The notes: a model not told the origin generated them from the sequence alone. Shown: positions 1 through 9,634, counted from the stretch's first letter. The stretch: 63,895 nucleotides of DNA from an uncultured Pelagibacteraceae bacterium (GCA_902590755.1 CACIYA010000001.1:1-63895), one strand, 5' to 3'. A program made the numbers and translations.

Positions 1-330
1 AAAATGATTAAAAACAAAAACTATGATATTTTTTGCTATATAAACAAAAAACAACAAATAGCATTAACTAAAAGTAATCAAATTAGTTTTTTAAAGAATT
101 TTAATTTACCAGAAATAAAAGAGAGCAAGAGTTTGTTAGAAAATAAAAATTGGATATTTCTTAAAAATTATAAAAATTCGATTTCAAATTTAAAATTAAA
201 TATTAATTTATATTACAAATTTTCGAATAAAATTCCACGAACGTACAGTTGGCATCCTTTGAAAAACAATAGAGAGTTTGTCCCAAGTTTTACAAAAAAA
301 ATATTAAGACAAATATCATCTTTATATTAA
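1..330 (+). CDS. mutY: A/G-specific adenine glycosylase MutY, C-terminal NUDIX-like part (5'-truncated by window)
   Basis: Frame is open from base 1. The sequence resembles a degenerate MutY C-terminal domain (ends PSFTKKIL). Proximity of mutY to ccrM/rnhB is a common alphaproteobacterial arrangement. The catalytic domain is not visible. Confidence 0.6.
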   Translation, partial: KMIKNKNYDIFCYINKKQQIALTKSNQISFLKNFNLPEIKESKSLLENKNWIFLKNYKNSISNLKLNINLYYKFSNKIPRTYSWHPLKNNREFVPSFTKKILRQISSLY

Positions 331-1460
331 TGAAAAAAAAAATTGCGATCATTGGCGCTGGTATAGCAGGTTTAACTCTTGCAAACTTAATAAAGAGAAA
401 TTCTGATCATGAATTTATGTTATATGAAAAAAATGAAAGTTTATCTCTTGATGAAGGCTACGGAATTCAACTTTCAACAAATAGTATAAAAATTTTAAAT
501 CAAATTGAATTTAACAAGATTAATGATAAGAAAATATTTCACCCAAAGGCAGTTGATTTTTACAACATTCAAAATAAAAAAATTTGTGATTTAAATTTAA
601 CTCAATTTAATAAAGGTCAGAACAAATATACGACATTACAAAGATCAACTTTAATAGAGTTTTTAAAAGATGAAGTTTATACTCAACACTTAAGATTTGG
701 AAAAAAAATAAAAGAAGTTTCTGAACTAAAGGGTAAGGTGCTTATTAAATTCGAAGATAATACAAACGATCTTGTTGACATAGTTGTTGGAGCTGATGGT
801 ATTTTTTCAAATACAAGATCTTTTTTTGAAAAGAAAAAAAATGTACCTAAATTTAAAGAAGCAGTAGCTGTTAGAACAATACTTAAATCAAAATCTGATA
901 TTATGATAGATGAAGAAAATATTAGTCTCATGATGGGTAAAAATTGCCATGTTGTTATTTATCCTATAAATAAAAACAAAGAACTTAATATTGTTTGTAT
1001 TATTAGAGAAAAAAAATATGATCCTGATAATATTAAATCATTAGTTGGCAAAGTTATTGCACAAAATTCTGACTTAGAAAAAGTTTTTGAAGGAGATTTG
1101 AAATCCTGGCCTTTATATTTTACCCCACAAATACTTCCGTCCACAAATAGTAAAGTTTTTTATATTGGGGATGCTTTCAATGGATTTTTACCAACTCTAG
1201 CTCAAGGAGCAGGGCAATCGATTGAAAGTGCCTTCGAGCTATTTAATTTAATTCAAGATAATAAAGCAGAAATTCAGAATACTTACTTTCAAGAGAGATC
1301 AAGAAGAGCAAAGATAATAAAGAGAAGATCAAATATTAATTTTTTTGTTTTCCATTTTTCTAGCTCAATTATGCAATCATTAAGAAACTTTTTCATGAAG
1401 TTTCTTGTTAAAAGAAAAAGCTTTGTTAATTCTTATTTAGGAATAGTTTATAAAAATTAA
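330..1460 (+). CDS. FAD-dependent monooxygenase (class A flavoprotein hydroxylase, salicylate-hydroxylase-like)
   Basis: GAGIAG Rossmann motif, GADG motif and IGDAF..LPTLAQGAGQSIE GD motif. Confidence 0.85.
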   Translation: MKKKIAIIGAGIAGLTLANLIKRNSDHEFMLYEKNESLSLDEGYGIQLSTNSIKILNQIEFNKINDKKIFHPKAVDFYNIQNKKICDLNLTQFNKGQNKYTTLQRSTLIEFLKDEVYTQHLRFGKKIKEVSELKGKVLIKFEDNTNDLVDIVVGADGIFSNTRSFFEKKKNVPKFKEAVAVRTILKSKSDIMIDEENISLMMGKNCHVVIYPINKNKELNIVCIIREKKYDPDNIKSLVGKVIAQNSDLEKVFEGDLKSWPLYFTPQILPSTNSKVFYIGDAFNGFLPTLAQGAGQSIESAFELFNLIQDNKAEIQNTYFQERSRRAKIIKRRSNINFFVFHFSSSIMQSLRNFFMKFLVKRKSFVNSYLGIVYKN

Positions 1461-2530
1461 ATTTGATTGCCTGCAATAAATTTTTGCCTTAAATTATCAA
1501 TCGGTACAGTCGATCCGTTTAAATTATAATGCCAATAAGTCCAACCATTATAACTTTCTGCTCCCATTATTTTTGCTGCGATTTTATGTATTGATCCCTC
1601 TGTATCCTTATATTTTATACTCCCATCAGCCATTATTTTTGCATTAATCTTTTTCTTTTGATCAAACAAAGATGTTCCAGGTTTAATTATTCCCAATTCC
1701 ACTAGTGAACCAAAAGGTATTCTAGGTTTTGATTTATTATTTTCAATAGTATCTAGGTAGTCATCAGCTATTGTTTCGGTCTTGTTAATTCTTTCTTTAG
1801 CTGCTACGAAGTATTTTTTATCTTTTTCAATCCCATAATAATTTCTACCTAATTTTTTAGATACGACAGCAGTGGTTCCTGTACCTAAAAAAGGATCAAA
1901 CACAGTGTCACCTTTATTAGTAGTTGCTAATATAATTCTATGAAGTAGGGCCTCTGGCTTTTGCGTGGAATGTATTTTTTTTCCATTTCTCTTTAGTCTC
2001 TCTTTTCCATTACAAATTGGCAATGTCCAGTCTGACCTCATTTGCAAATCATCATTTAAACATTTGAGAGATTGATAATTAAAAGTATATTTTGACTTTT
2101 TAGTCTTTGATGCCCAAATAAGTGTCTCGTGTGCATTAGTAAATCTTGTTCCCCTGAAATTTGGCATTGGATTATTTTTCCTCCAAATAACATCATTAAG
2201 CAACCAATAACCTAAATTTTGTAAATGATAGCCTAACCGAAAAATATTATGATAAGAACCTATTACCCAAATAGATCCATTATCTTTTAAAATTCTTTTG
2301 CATTCAGCTAACCAAGACTTACAAAATTCATCGTAATGTTTGAAACTATTAAATTGATCCCACTTATCATTAACACCATTGACTTTACTAGAATCTGGAC
2401 GTGTTAATTTTTCACCAATCTGCATGTAATAAGGTGGATCAGCAAAAACTAAATCAAAATTCTTGTCAGGAATTTTTTTTAATTCCTTTAAACAATCACC
2501 ATAAATAACTTTGTTAGAAAATTTTAACAT
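1457..2530 (-). CDS. ccrM: Cell-cycle-regulated GANTC adenine DNA methyltransferase CcrM
   Basis: FADPPY, NPMPNFRGTRFTNAHET, HSTQKP, DPFLGTGTT and C-terminal GSIH...NGWTYW domain; adjacent to rnhB. Confidence 0.95.
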   Translation of the reverse strand: MLKFSNKVIYGDCLKELKKIPDKNFDLVFADPPYYMQIGEKLTRPDSSKVNGVNDKWDQFNSFKHYDEFCKSWLAECKRILKDNGSIWVIGSYHNIFRLGYHLQNLGYWLLNDVIWRKNNPMPNFRGTRFTNAHETLIWASKTKKSKYTFNYQSLKCLNDDLQMRSDWTLPICNGKERLKRNGKKIHSTQKPEALLHRIILATTNKGDTVFDPFLGTGTTAVVSKKLGRNYYGIEKDKKYFVAAKERINKTETIADDYLDTIENNKSKPRIPFGSLVELGIIKPGTSLFDQKKKINAKIMADGSIKYKDTEGSIHKIAAKIMGAESYNGWTYWHYNLNGSTVPIDNLRQKFIAGNQI

Positions 2531-2533
2531 TTT

Positions 2534-2608
2534 CTTGATTCAACTTCAAATTGAATCAAGGGTCAAACGATTTTAGAAAAAAAATGAGTCTTTTTGTGTT
2601 TGGGATTC
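2534..2608 (-). promoter_or_regulatory. ccrM promoter/leader with four GANTC sites and a perfect 10-bp inverted repeat
   Basis: CTTGATTCAA (2534-2543)-N7-TTGAATCAAG (2551-2560). GANTC at 2537, 2553, 2586 and 2604. Candidate -10 TAAAAT on the minus strand at 2570-2575. Confidence 0.7.
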
Positions 2609-3178
2609 TTAGCTCGACAATATCTTGTGTATCGGTTTAAAACCTTTTCTATGGTGTGATGTTACACCAAAATTTTTTAAACCCTCAAGATGAGCTTTGG
2701 TACCATATCCAAAATTTCTTTCCCAAGCATAATTAGAATATTTTTCAGACAATTTTATCATAAATTTATCTCTATAAACTTTTGCAATAATCGAAGCTGC
2801 GCTTATAACTTTAATTTTTTCATCTCCATTTATGATTGTTTGATAATTTTTTAAACCTGCTGGCGCAAAATTTCCATCTATTAAAGTTAAACCTGGTTTT
2901 ATTTTAAGTTTTTCTATTGCTCTACTCATAGATAGTAACGAAGCTTGTAAAATATTTAAATTTAAGATTTCTTCTACAGACGCAATACCTATCGCATAAC
3001 AAGAATTTTTTTTAATGTGTTCTGAAATTTCTTCTCTTTTTTTAAATGAAATTTTCTTTGAATCTTTTAAAAGTTTTAAGTCTATCCCTTTTTTTAAGAT
3101 CACTGCAGCTGAAACAACAGGACCTGCAAGGCAACCCCTTCCAACTTCATCAACACCTGCTGTAATCACATCTTTCAA
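2609..3178 (-). CDS. rnhB: Ribonuclease HII
   Basis: GVDEVGRGCLAGPV, DSKK, IDG, AASIIAKVYRD, GYGT. Confidence 0.97.
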   Translation of the reverse strand: MKDVITAGVDEVGRGCLAGPVVSAAVILKKGIDLKLLKDSKKISFKKREEISEHIKKNSCYAIGIASVEEILNLNILQASLLSMSRAIEKLKIKPGLTLIDGNFAPAGLKNYQTIINGDEKIKVISAASIIAKVYRDKFMIKLSEKYSNYAWERNFGYGTKAHLEGLKNFGVTSHHRKGFKPIHKILSS

Positions 3179-3874
3179 TTAAATTTTGAGTTTAGTTTTT
3201 TTGTCTCTGATCATTTTTAAATCAATCCATGCCATCTTTTTTTGAGCTGGCTGTCTCATTAAAAAAGCAGGATGAAAAGTAATAATTACTGATGTTTTAC
3301 AATTTCCAAATTTTTTTTCAAACCATTTACCTCTCATTTTTGAAATAACAACATCTTTTCCGATAAGAGCGTTCATTGCTGTACTTCCTAACAACACAAG
3401 TATTTTTGGATTAATAATCTCAATGTGTTTGGAAATAAATGGCAAATATTGTTTTATTTCTTCCTCTGTTGGTCTTCGATTGTCAGGCGGTCGATAATTA
3501 ATAATATTGGATATATAAACATTTTTTCTATCTAACTTTATTGCAGCAAGCATTTTGTCAAGCAGCATTCCAGCTCTTCCAACAAACGGCAATCCTTCTT
3601 GATCTTCATTAGCTCCTGGAGCCTCGCCAATAAGCATAATTTTTGATTTTGGATTACCGTCACTAAATACAATATTCTTAGCTTGTTTTTGGAGATTACA
3701 ATTTTTTTGATTTATTATAGATTTTTTTAATAATGCTAAATTTTTAGCTTTATCCTCTGATATACCAAAATTGTCCTTTTTATATCTATTGATTGCCGCA
3801 TTATTGTAAATTAAATTATAATTTATAAGTTTATAATATTTTATTAATTTAATAGTTTTATTTTTTTTTAACAT
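3179..3874 (-). CDS. Uracil-DNA glycosylase family 4
   Basis: GEAPG..ED..G.PFVGRAG, RPP.NR.P, FHPA motifs; the start codon is uncertain. Confidence 0.9.
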   Translation of the reverse strand: MLKKNKTIKLIKYYKLINYNLIYNNAAINRYKKDNFGISEDKAKNLALLKKSIINQKNCNLQKQAKNIVFSDGNPKSKIMLIGEAPGANEDQEGLPFVGRAGMLLDKMLAAIKLDRKNVYISNIINYRPPDNRRPTEEEIKQYLPFISKHIEIINPKILVLLGSTAMNALIGKDVVISKMRGKWFEKKFGNCKTSVIITFHPAFLMRQPAQKKMAWIDLKMIRDKKTKLKI

Positions 3875-3876
3875 TT

Positions 3877-5577
3877 ATGCTTTTTTTAAAAAATATAGCA
3901 AAGATTACATTACAATCTATTTTTGTCATTATTTTAATTTTTTTTTCCACACTCGAAGCTAGAAATTTAGATAAATATGAAAAAGCTAATTATATTTCTG
4001 ACTATTTTTCTGGGGTATTGCTTTTAAATCAAAGTAAATATGAAGAGTCTCGCGAATATCTTAAAAAGTTAAATGGATTAGAAAACAGCCACTTAGCTTA
4101 CTCTACTAAATTTTTATACTCTTTAGTCAATTCTGGAAATCTTTATCAGGCATTTAATTATTCAAAAAAATTAGAAAAAAATAAACTGAATAGTTTTGAA
4201 AGTGACTTAATAATCGGGGTTTATTATCTAAAAAATCTTCAATTAAAACTTTCAAAAGATTACTTTTTAAAAGCTCAAAAAACACCTTCAAACTCTATTC
4301 TTAACAACTATATTTCGAATTCCTTAAGTATTTGGTCTAATCTATACAATAATAATTTGGTGAATTCGAGTTTAGAGTTAGAACAATTAGATGATAGATT
4401 TAAAAGCTTAAAAGAAATTCAAAACGTTTTTTTAAATTGCTATTTTGATGATGATAAAACTGAATTTTTATTTGAAAAACTTTTAACTAATCAGAAAACA
4501 GATTTTTCAAGATATAATTATTTTTATGCAAATTATTTAAACGACAAAGGAAAGAGTTTAAAAGCTAAAAAAGTTATAGAAGATGCGCTAAAAAAAAACC
4601 CAAGAAATTTGTTGTTAAACCAATATAAGGAGGATTTAAAAGAATCAAAAAAAAATTTCAATTTTGACTGTAAGAAAGAAAATCACGTAATCTCTGAACT
4701 TCTTTATCTAGCAGCTAATGCACTTTCATCACAATCTATAATTTCCTTATCAAATTTTTACTTAAATTTAGCTAAGTATCTTAATAAGGATTTTCATGGA
4801 TTTGATACTTTGATGGCAGAAAATTTTTATAAAATTAATGACTTTACTACCTCCAAAAAGATTTACGAAAAGTTAAAAAGTAAAGGTTCCGCTTTTAAGT
4901 GGTACTCACATAAACAAATATCTCGAATATTGACTCAACAAGAAATGGAAAATGAGTCAATCATATTACTTCAAAAAGCTTATGATCAACTTAAATATAA
5001 AGGAGTCTATGAAACTTTTGATTATGCTGAATTTTTAAAAAATAATGAAAAGTTTGAAAATTCAATTAATTATTATTCAGAACTATTAAATTTGATTGAT
5101 ATAAATCATCCGCTTTACGCTGAAGCTACAGATGGAAGAGGAGTTGCATACGAAAGATTAGGTGAATGGAAAAAAGCTGAAAAAGATTTGCTTAATTCTT
5201 TAAAAGCAAAACCCGATCAAGCATATGTAATGAATTATCTAGCTTACTCTTGGATCGAAAAGGGAATAAAAATTGAGGAGTCATTAAAAATGTTAGAAAA
5301 TGCAAATAAGATAAAGTCGAATGATCCTTATATAATCGATTCTTTAGGCTGGGCTCTTTTTAAACTAAAGAGATACGATGAGTCTCAAAAATATCTTCAA
5401 ACAGCTCTAAAACTGATGCCAGCAGATCCAATAGTGAATGATCATTATGGAGATGTTCTATGGAAAAACGGAAAAGAAATCCAAGCAAGATATTATTGGA
5501 ATTATGTTTTAAATCTCGAAAAAGCTGAGAAAGATTTAAAAGAAAAGATAGAAAAAAAAATAACAAAAGGCCTTTAA
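3877..5577 (+). CDS. Exported tetratricopeptide-repeat protein
   Basis: N-terminal signal-like segment; NYLAYSW, IIDSLGW and DHYGD..W TPR repeats typical of the protein encoded before ispE. Confidence 0.85.
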   Translation: MLFLKNIAKITLQSIFVIILIFFSTLEARNLDKYEKANYISDYFSGVLLLNQSKYEESREYLKKLNGLENSHLAYSTKFLYSLVNSGNLYQAFNYSKKLEKNKLNSFESDLIIGVYYLKNLQLKLSKDYFLKAQKTPSNSILNNYISNSLSIWSNLYNNNLVNSSLELEQLDDRFKSLKEIQNVFLNCYFDDDKTEFLFEKLLTNQKTDFSRYNYFYANYLNDKGKSLKAKKVIEDALKKNPRNLLLNQYKEDLKESKKNFNFDCKKENHVISELLYLAANALSSQSIISLSNFYLNLAKYLNKDFHGFDTLMAENFYKINDFTTSKKIYEKLKSKGSAFKWYSHKQISRILTQQEMENESIILLQKAYDQLKYKGVYETFDYAEFLKNNEKFENSINYYSELLNLIDINHPLYAEATDGRGVAYERLGEWKKAEKDLLNSLKAKPDQAYVMNYLAYSWIEKGIKIEESLKMLENANKIKSNDPYIIDSLGWALFKLKRYDESQKYLQTALKLMPADPIVNDHYGDVLWKNGKEIQARYYWNYVLNLEKAEKDLKEKIEKKITKGL

Positions 5578-5580
5578 ATA

Positions 5581-6420
5581 ATGGTCTTAAAATCTTTCGC
5601 AAAAATCAATTTAAATCTATTGATAAATAAAAAACTAAAAAATGGATTACATGATCTTCAGTCTATTTATTGTTTAACAGATCTTCATGACAAAATAATA
5701 ATCAAAAAAATTAAAAATAAACATAAAGATTTAATTTCATTTAGCGGTCCTTTTTCTATAAATGTAAGTGATGCAAGAAATTCTGTTAAAACAACCTTGG
5801 ACATAATGAGAAAATACAAACTTATTTCAGATTACTATTCAGTTAACATACATAAAAATATTCCTGTCTTTGCTGGTTTAGGAGGAGGCACAAGCAATGC
5901 AGCTACAATTTTCAAAAATCTCACTAATAGAAAAATTAGAAAAAAATTATTAAATAGAATCTTTGATAAAATTGGATCAGATTTTATACTTTTCTTTTAT
6001 AAATGTGGATATTTGTCTAACATAAGAATTATCAATAAAATTAAGTACAAATATAAATTATATTTTGTTTTGATTTTTCCAAACGTAAAATGTTCCACAA
6101 GACAAGTTTATTCAAAATTAAAAAATTACTCAAAAAAGGCAAGTTATTCTATGAAAGAATTTTCAACAAAAAGTAAATTTGTAAGAATTATAAAAGACTC
6201 AAAAAATGATTTACAATCGATTGTTGAAAAACAACACCCGGTTATTAAAAAAGTTATAAATAGCTTGAGTAAAGCTAAGGGTTGTTATTTTTCAAGGATG
6301 ACAGGTTCAGGGTCTGTTTGTTATGGATTATTCACTGATAAAAAATGTGCAAAAGTCGCATTTAAAAATTTAAGAAAAAAATACCCTAAATTTTGGCTTT
6401 CATTTACAAAAACTATTTAA
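5581..6420 (+). CDS. ispE: 4-(cytidine 5'-diphospho)-2-C-methyl-D-erythritol kinase
   Basis: AKINL.L, K.IPV.AGLGGGTSNAA, NDL, MTGSGS. Confidence 0.95.
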   Translation: MVLKSFAKINLNLLINKKLKNGLHDLQSIYCLTDLHDKIIIKKIKNKHKDLISFSGPFSINVSDARNSVKTTLDIMRKYKLISDYYSVNIHKNIPVFAGLGGGTSNAATIFKNLTNRKIRKKLLNRIFDKIGSDFILFFYKCGYLSNIRIINKIKYKYKLYFVLIFPNVKCSTRQVYSKLKNYSKKASYSMKEFSTKSKFVRIIKDSKNDLQSIVEKQHPVIKKVINSLSKAKGCYFSRMTGSGSVCYGLFTDKKCAKVAFKNLRKKYPKFWLSFTKTI

Positions 6421-6455
6421 ATTAATAGATATATGATATATCAGTCATTTGTTAT

Positions 6456-6529
6456 TGGGGCATAGCCAAGCGGTAAGGCAGCGGTTTTTGATACCGCCAT
6501 CCTAGGTTCGAATCCTAGTGCCCCAGCCA
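6456..6529 (+). tRNA. tRNA-Gln (TTG)
   Basis: Acceptor TGGGGCA/TGCCCCA, anticodon stem GCGGT/ACCGC with loop TTTTGAT, T-loop GGTTCGAATCC, encoded CCA. Confidence 0.97.
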
Positions 6530-6536
6530 AAGATTT

Positions 6537-7793
6537 ATGTTTAATCTAAATTTTACTTTTTTACAAAATATTAAAAATTTAATTAATCCTTTTTATAAAA
6601 ATAAAGATTTAAAATTTATTTTCAAAAAATTACAGGAAGATATTCCGCAAAATAAAATAGCTGCTAGATTTGTTGGAGGGTGTGTGAGGAAGTATCTTTC
6701 AAATCAAAAAATAGATGATATTGATGTTGCAACTATTTTAACAACAGATCAAGTGAAACAAAAATTTCAAGACACAAATTTAAAAGTTATTGATACCGGG
6801 TTAAAACATGGAACCGTAACTTTAGTATCAGATGACCATAAAGTTGAAATAACAACTTTAAGAAAAGATACCAAAACAGACGGAAGACATGCAGAAGTAG
6901 AATATACGGATGATTGGAAACAAGACTCAGAGAGAAGAGATTTTACAATTAATGCTATTTATTTAGATATAAACGGAAAAATTTTTGATCCACAAATGGG
7001 TAAAAATGATCTTAAAAATAATAATGTAAAGTTTATTGGCGACCCTCAAAAAAGAATTGAGGAAGATTACTTACGAATTATTAGATTTGTAAGATTTAAA
7101 ATCATGTATGACCTCAGAGTAGAAACAACTACAAGCAATGCAATTAAACAAAATTTAGATGGTATTAAAAAAATTTCTAAAGAGAGAATTCTAATTGAAT
7201 TATTAAAAATTTTGGATCTTAAAAATTTTTTGAGGATAAATCATAGTAGTAACTTAAAGGAAATATTCAAAATGATTTTTCCAGAATTTTTATACCTGGA
7301 TAGATTAGATCGACTTCAAAAAGTATATAAACAATCCGAGCTTAATAGAGATATTTTACTTTGTGTTTTATTAATTGATGAAAAAGATAATCACGAATAT
7401 TTTTTACATAAATATAATGCATCTAATAAAATAAAGAATATGTTAGAAAAATTCAGCAAAAATTTGATAAAACTAAAAAGAGATAAATATTTTTTTGAAA
7501 AAGATTTACTTAAAAATGTTTATTTAGATGGAAAAAATCATTTAATAGCCCTAAATTTGATTAATTTTTCTATAAACTCAAAAGTGAAAGAGAAAGATTT
7601 TTCTAAAATTTTTAATAAAATTTTAAAAATTAAAGTTCCTGTGTTTCCTATAGACGGGGAATATTTGAAGCAAAAAGGAATGAAAGAGGGGCAATCTTTG
7701 GGAAAAGTTTTAAAGATATTGGAAAAAGACTGGATAAATAATAATTTTAAGATTTCAAACGAGAGAATAGAGAAGATAATTAAAATTAATTAA
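6537..7793 (+). CDS. cca: CCA tRNA nucleotidyltransferase
   Basis: VGGCVR, DIDVAT, EITTLR, RRDFTINA, EDYLRIIR, SKER. Confidence 0.9.
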   Translation: MFNLNFTFLQNIKNLINPFYKNKDLKFIFKKLQEDIPQNKIAARFVGGCVRKYLSNQKIDDIDVATILTTDQVKQKFQDTNLKVIDTGLKHGTVTLVSDDHKVEITTLRKDTKTDGRHAEVEYTDDWKQDSERRDFTINAIYLDINGKIFDPQMGKNDLKNNNVKFIGDPQKRIEEDYLRIIRFVRFKIMYDLRVETTTSNAIKQNLDGIKKISKERILIELLKILDLKNFLRINHSSNLKEIFKMIFPEFLYLDRLDRLQKVYKQSELNRDILLCVLLIDEKDNHEYFLHKYNASNKIKNMLEKFSKNLIKLKRDKYFFEKDLLKNVYLDGKNHLIALNLINFSINSKVKEKDFSKIFNKILKIKVPVFPIDGEYLKQKGMKEGQSLGKVLKILEKDWINNNFKISNERIEKIIKIN

Positions 7794-7795
7794 AA

Positions 7796-8272
7796 TTAGA
7801 TGTATTCAACTTCTAAAATTTCGAAATTCCTTTCTCCTGAGGGAGTATTCACACCCACCATTTCACCTTTATTTTTCCCTATAAGAGCTTTTCCTATTGG
7901 GCTTTTAAAAAAAATTAAATTCTTTTTTATATCTGCTTCATCCTGACCAACAAGCCTGTATGAAATTTTTTTATCTGTTTCAAGGTCCTGAACTTTTACG
8001 GTTGAGCCAAAAATTACTTTTCCATTATTTTCAATTTTTGTAACATCAATTACATTTGCTCTTGCAATCATATCATTAATTGCAATCACGCGACTTTCAA
8101 GTAATGCTTGTTGTTCTTTAGCAGCATGATATTCAGCGTTCTCTTTTAAATCCCCATGTGATCTTGCCTCTGCTATTGCTGCAACTATCTTTGGTCTTTG
8201 AATATTTTTTAATTCCTCTAATTCTGACTTTAAATTCTTTAGACCACTAACTGTTATTGGCTCTTTTTCCAT
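7796..8272 (-). CDS. greA: Transcription elongation factor GreA
   Basis: HGDLKENAEYHAAKE, SPIGKAL; start taken at the ATG of MEKEPIT. Confidence 0.97.
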   Translation of the reverse strand: MEKEPITVSGLKNLKSELEELKNIQRPKIVAAIAEARSHGDLKENAEYHAAKEQQALLESRVIAINDMIARANVIDVTKIENNGKVIFGSTVKVQDLETDKKISYRLVGQDEADIKKNLIFFKSPIGKALIGKNKGEMVGVNTPSGERNFEILEVEYI

Positions 8273-8274
8273 AA

Positions 8275-9099
8275 TTATTTCCACTTTGCTAAAGGAGGGA
8301 GTGACATTAATATTGAGTCAATATTCCCGCCAGAGTTCAATCCAAATTTAGTACCTCTATCATATAAAAGATTAAACTCTACATATCTCCCACGCTTTAA
8401 AAATTGTTTTTCTTTATCTTTTTTGTTCCATTTAAAATTTCTTTTCCTTTCAATAATTTTCTTTGAAATATTTATAAAGGAAAAACCAAGTTCTCTCACA
8501 AATTTAAAGTTCTTAATCCAATCTTGAGTTTCGTAATCAAAAAAAATACCACCAATCCCTCTAGTTTCTCCTCTATGTGGTAAAAAAAAATAATCATCGC
8601 ACCATTTTTTGTATTTTTTGTAATTTTTTTTATTTTGAACACATACTTTTTTCAAATCGTCATGTAACATTTTTTTTTCTTTTGAGTCCTCAAAACTTTG
8701 AGTTGCATCTATTCCTCCTCCAAACCATTCTTTAGAAGTCACTATAAATCTAGTGTTGAAATGTATCGCGGGCATCTTGGGGTTTCTCATATGAGCTACC
8801 ACAGAAATTCCTGAAGCCCAATATTTACCTTTTTTTTCAGCTCCTAATATTTTTGATCTAAACTGTTTAGGAAAAATTCCTGAAACGGTAGATTTATTGA
8901 CTCCAACTTTATCAAATATTTTTCCATTTGATAAAAGAAATGAAGTTCCTCCACCTTCATTTTTTTTATTTTTACTCCATTCTCTTTTTGAGAATCTTAC
9001 TTTATTCTTTTCAAGATATTCAAATTCTTTACAAATTTGACTTTGTAAATATGAAAACCAGCTGTCAGCCATTTTTTTTCTAAAGTCAGGTGTAATCAT
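8275..9099 (-). CDS. hemF: Oxygen-dependent coproporphyrinogen III oxidase
   Basis: HFNTR, WFGGG, WCDDYFFLPHR, RGRYVEFNLLYDRGTKFGL. Confidence 0.97.
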   Translation of the reverse strand: MITPDFRKKMADSWFSYLQSQICKEFEYLEKNKVRFSKREWSKNKKNEGGGTSFLLSNGKIFDKVGVNKSTVSGIFPKQFRSKILGAEKKGKYWASGISVVAHMRNPKMPAIHFNTRFIVTSKEWFGGGIDATQSFEDSKEKKMLHDDLKKVCVQNKKNYKKYKKWCDDYFFLPHRGETRGIGGIFFDYETQDWIKNFKFVRELGFSFINISKKIIERKRNFKWNKKDKEKQFLKRGRYVEFNLLYDRGTKFGLNSGGNIDSILMSLPPLAKWK

Positions 9100-9545
9100 T
9101 TAAGTAAATTATTTTGCCTCAAAGCTTCGGCAGCTACTATCGCAACACTCATTGCAACATTTAGAGATCTAGTTTTTTTGTTTATAGGAACTTTTATTTT
9201 ATTTTTAAGCATTCGATGTATCTCTTCTGGAACCCCAGCACTTTCTTTCCCAAATAAAAGCATATCATTTTTTTTAAACTTAAACTTATGATATAATTTT
9301 TTTGCCTTAGTTGTCATTAAAACTATTCTAGAGTTCCTATATTTTTTTTTAAATGTCTCGAAGTCATTGTGCTTAACAACCTTACATAAACTAGCATAAT
9401 CCATAACCACTCTTTTAAATCTGCTATCGTTTAAATTAAAACCACATGGTTCTATCAAGTGAATATTCAAATTCAGACATGCTCCTAGCCTGATTATGGC
9501 TGCAGTATTTTGAGGGATATCAGGTTTGTAAAGTACTATGTGCAT
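9096..9545 (-). CDS. trmL: tRNA (cytidine/uridine 34-2'-O)-methyltransferase
   Basis: PDIPQNT, LIEPCGF, FGKESAG, RSLNVA SPOUT motifs. Confidence 0.93.
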   Translation of the reverse strand: MHIVLYKPDIPQNTAAIIRLGACLNLNIHLIEPCGFNLNDSRFKRVVMDYASLCKVVKHNDFETFKKKYRNSRIVLMTTKAKKLYHKFKFKKNDMLLFGKESAGVPEEIHRMLKNKIKVPINKKTRSLNVAMSVAIVAAEALRQNNLLK

Positions 9546-9634
9546 TATTTAAGCTTAATTTATGTGTCATTCTGACCCTAGAAATCTTTAAAATATGGTT
9601 TTATTTAATAATTATATTATAAGCACTTACATAA

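Noticed and set aside
1457-2530. Restriction-modification or defence system
   Set aside because: The methyltransferase has CcrM-specific motifs and context, and no cognate endonuclease is adjacent.
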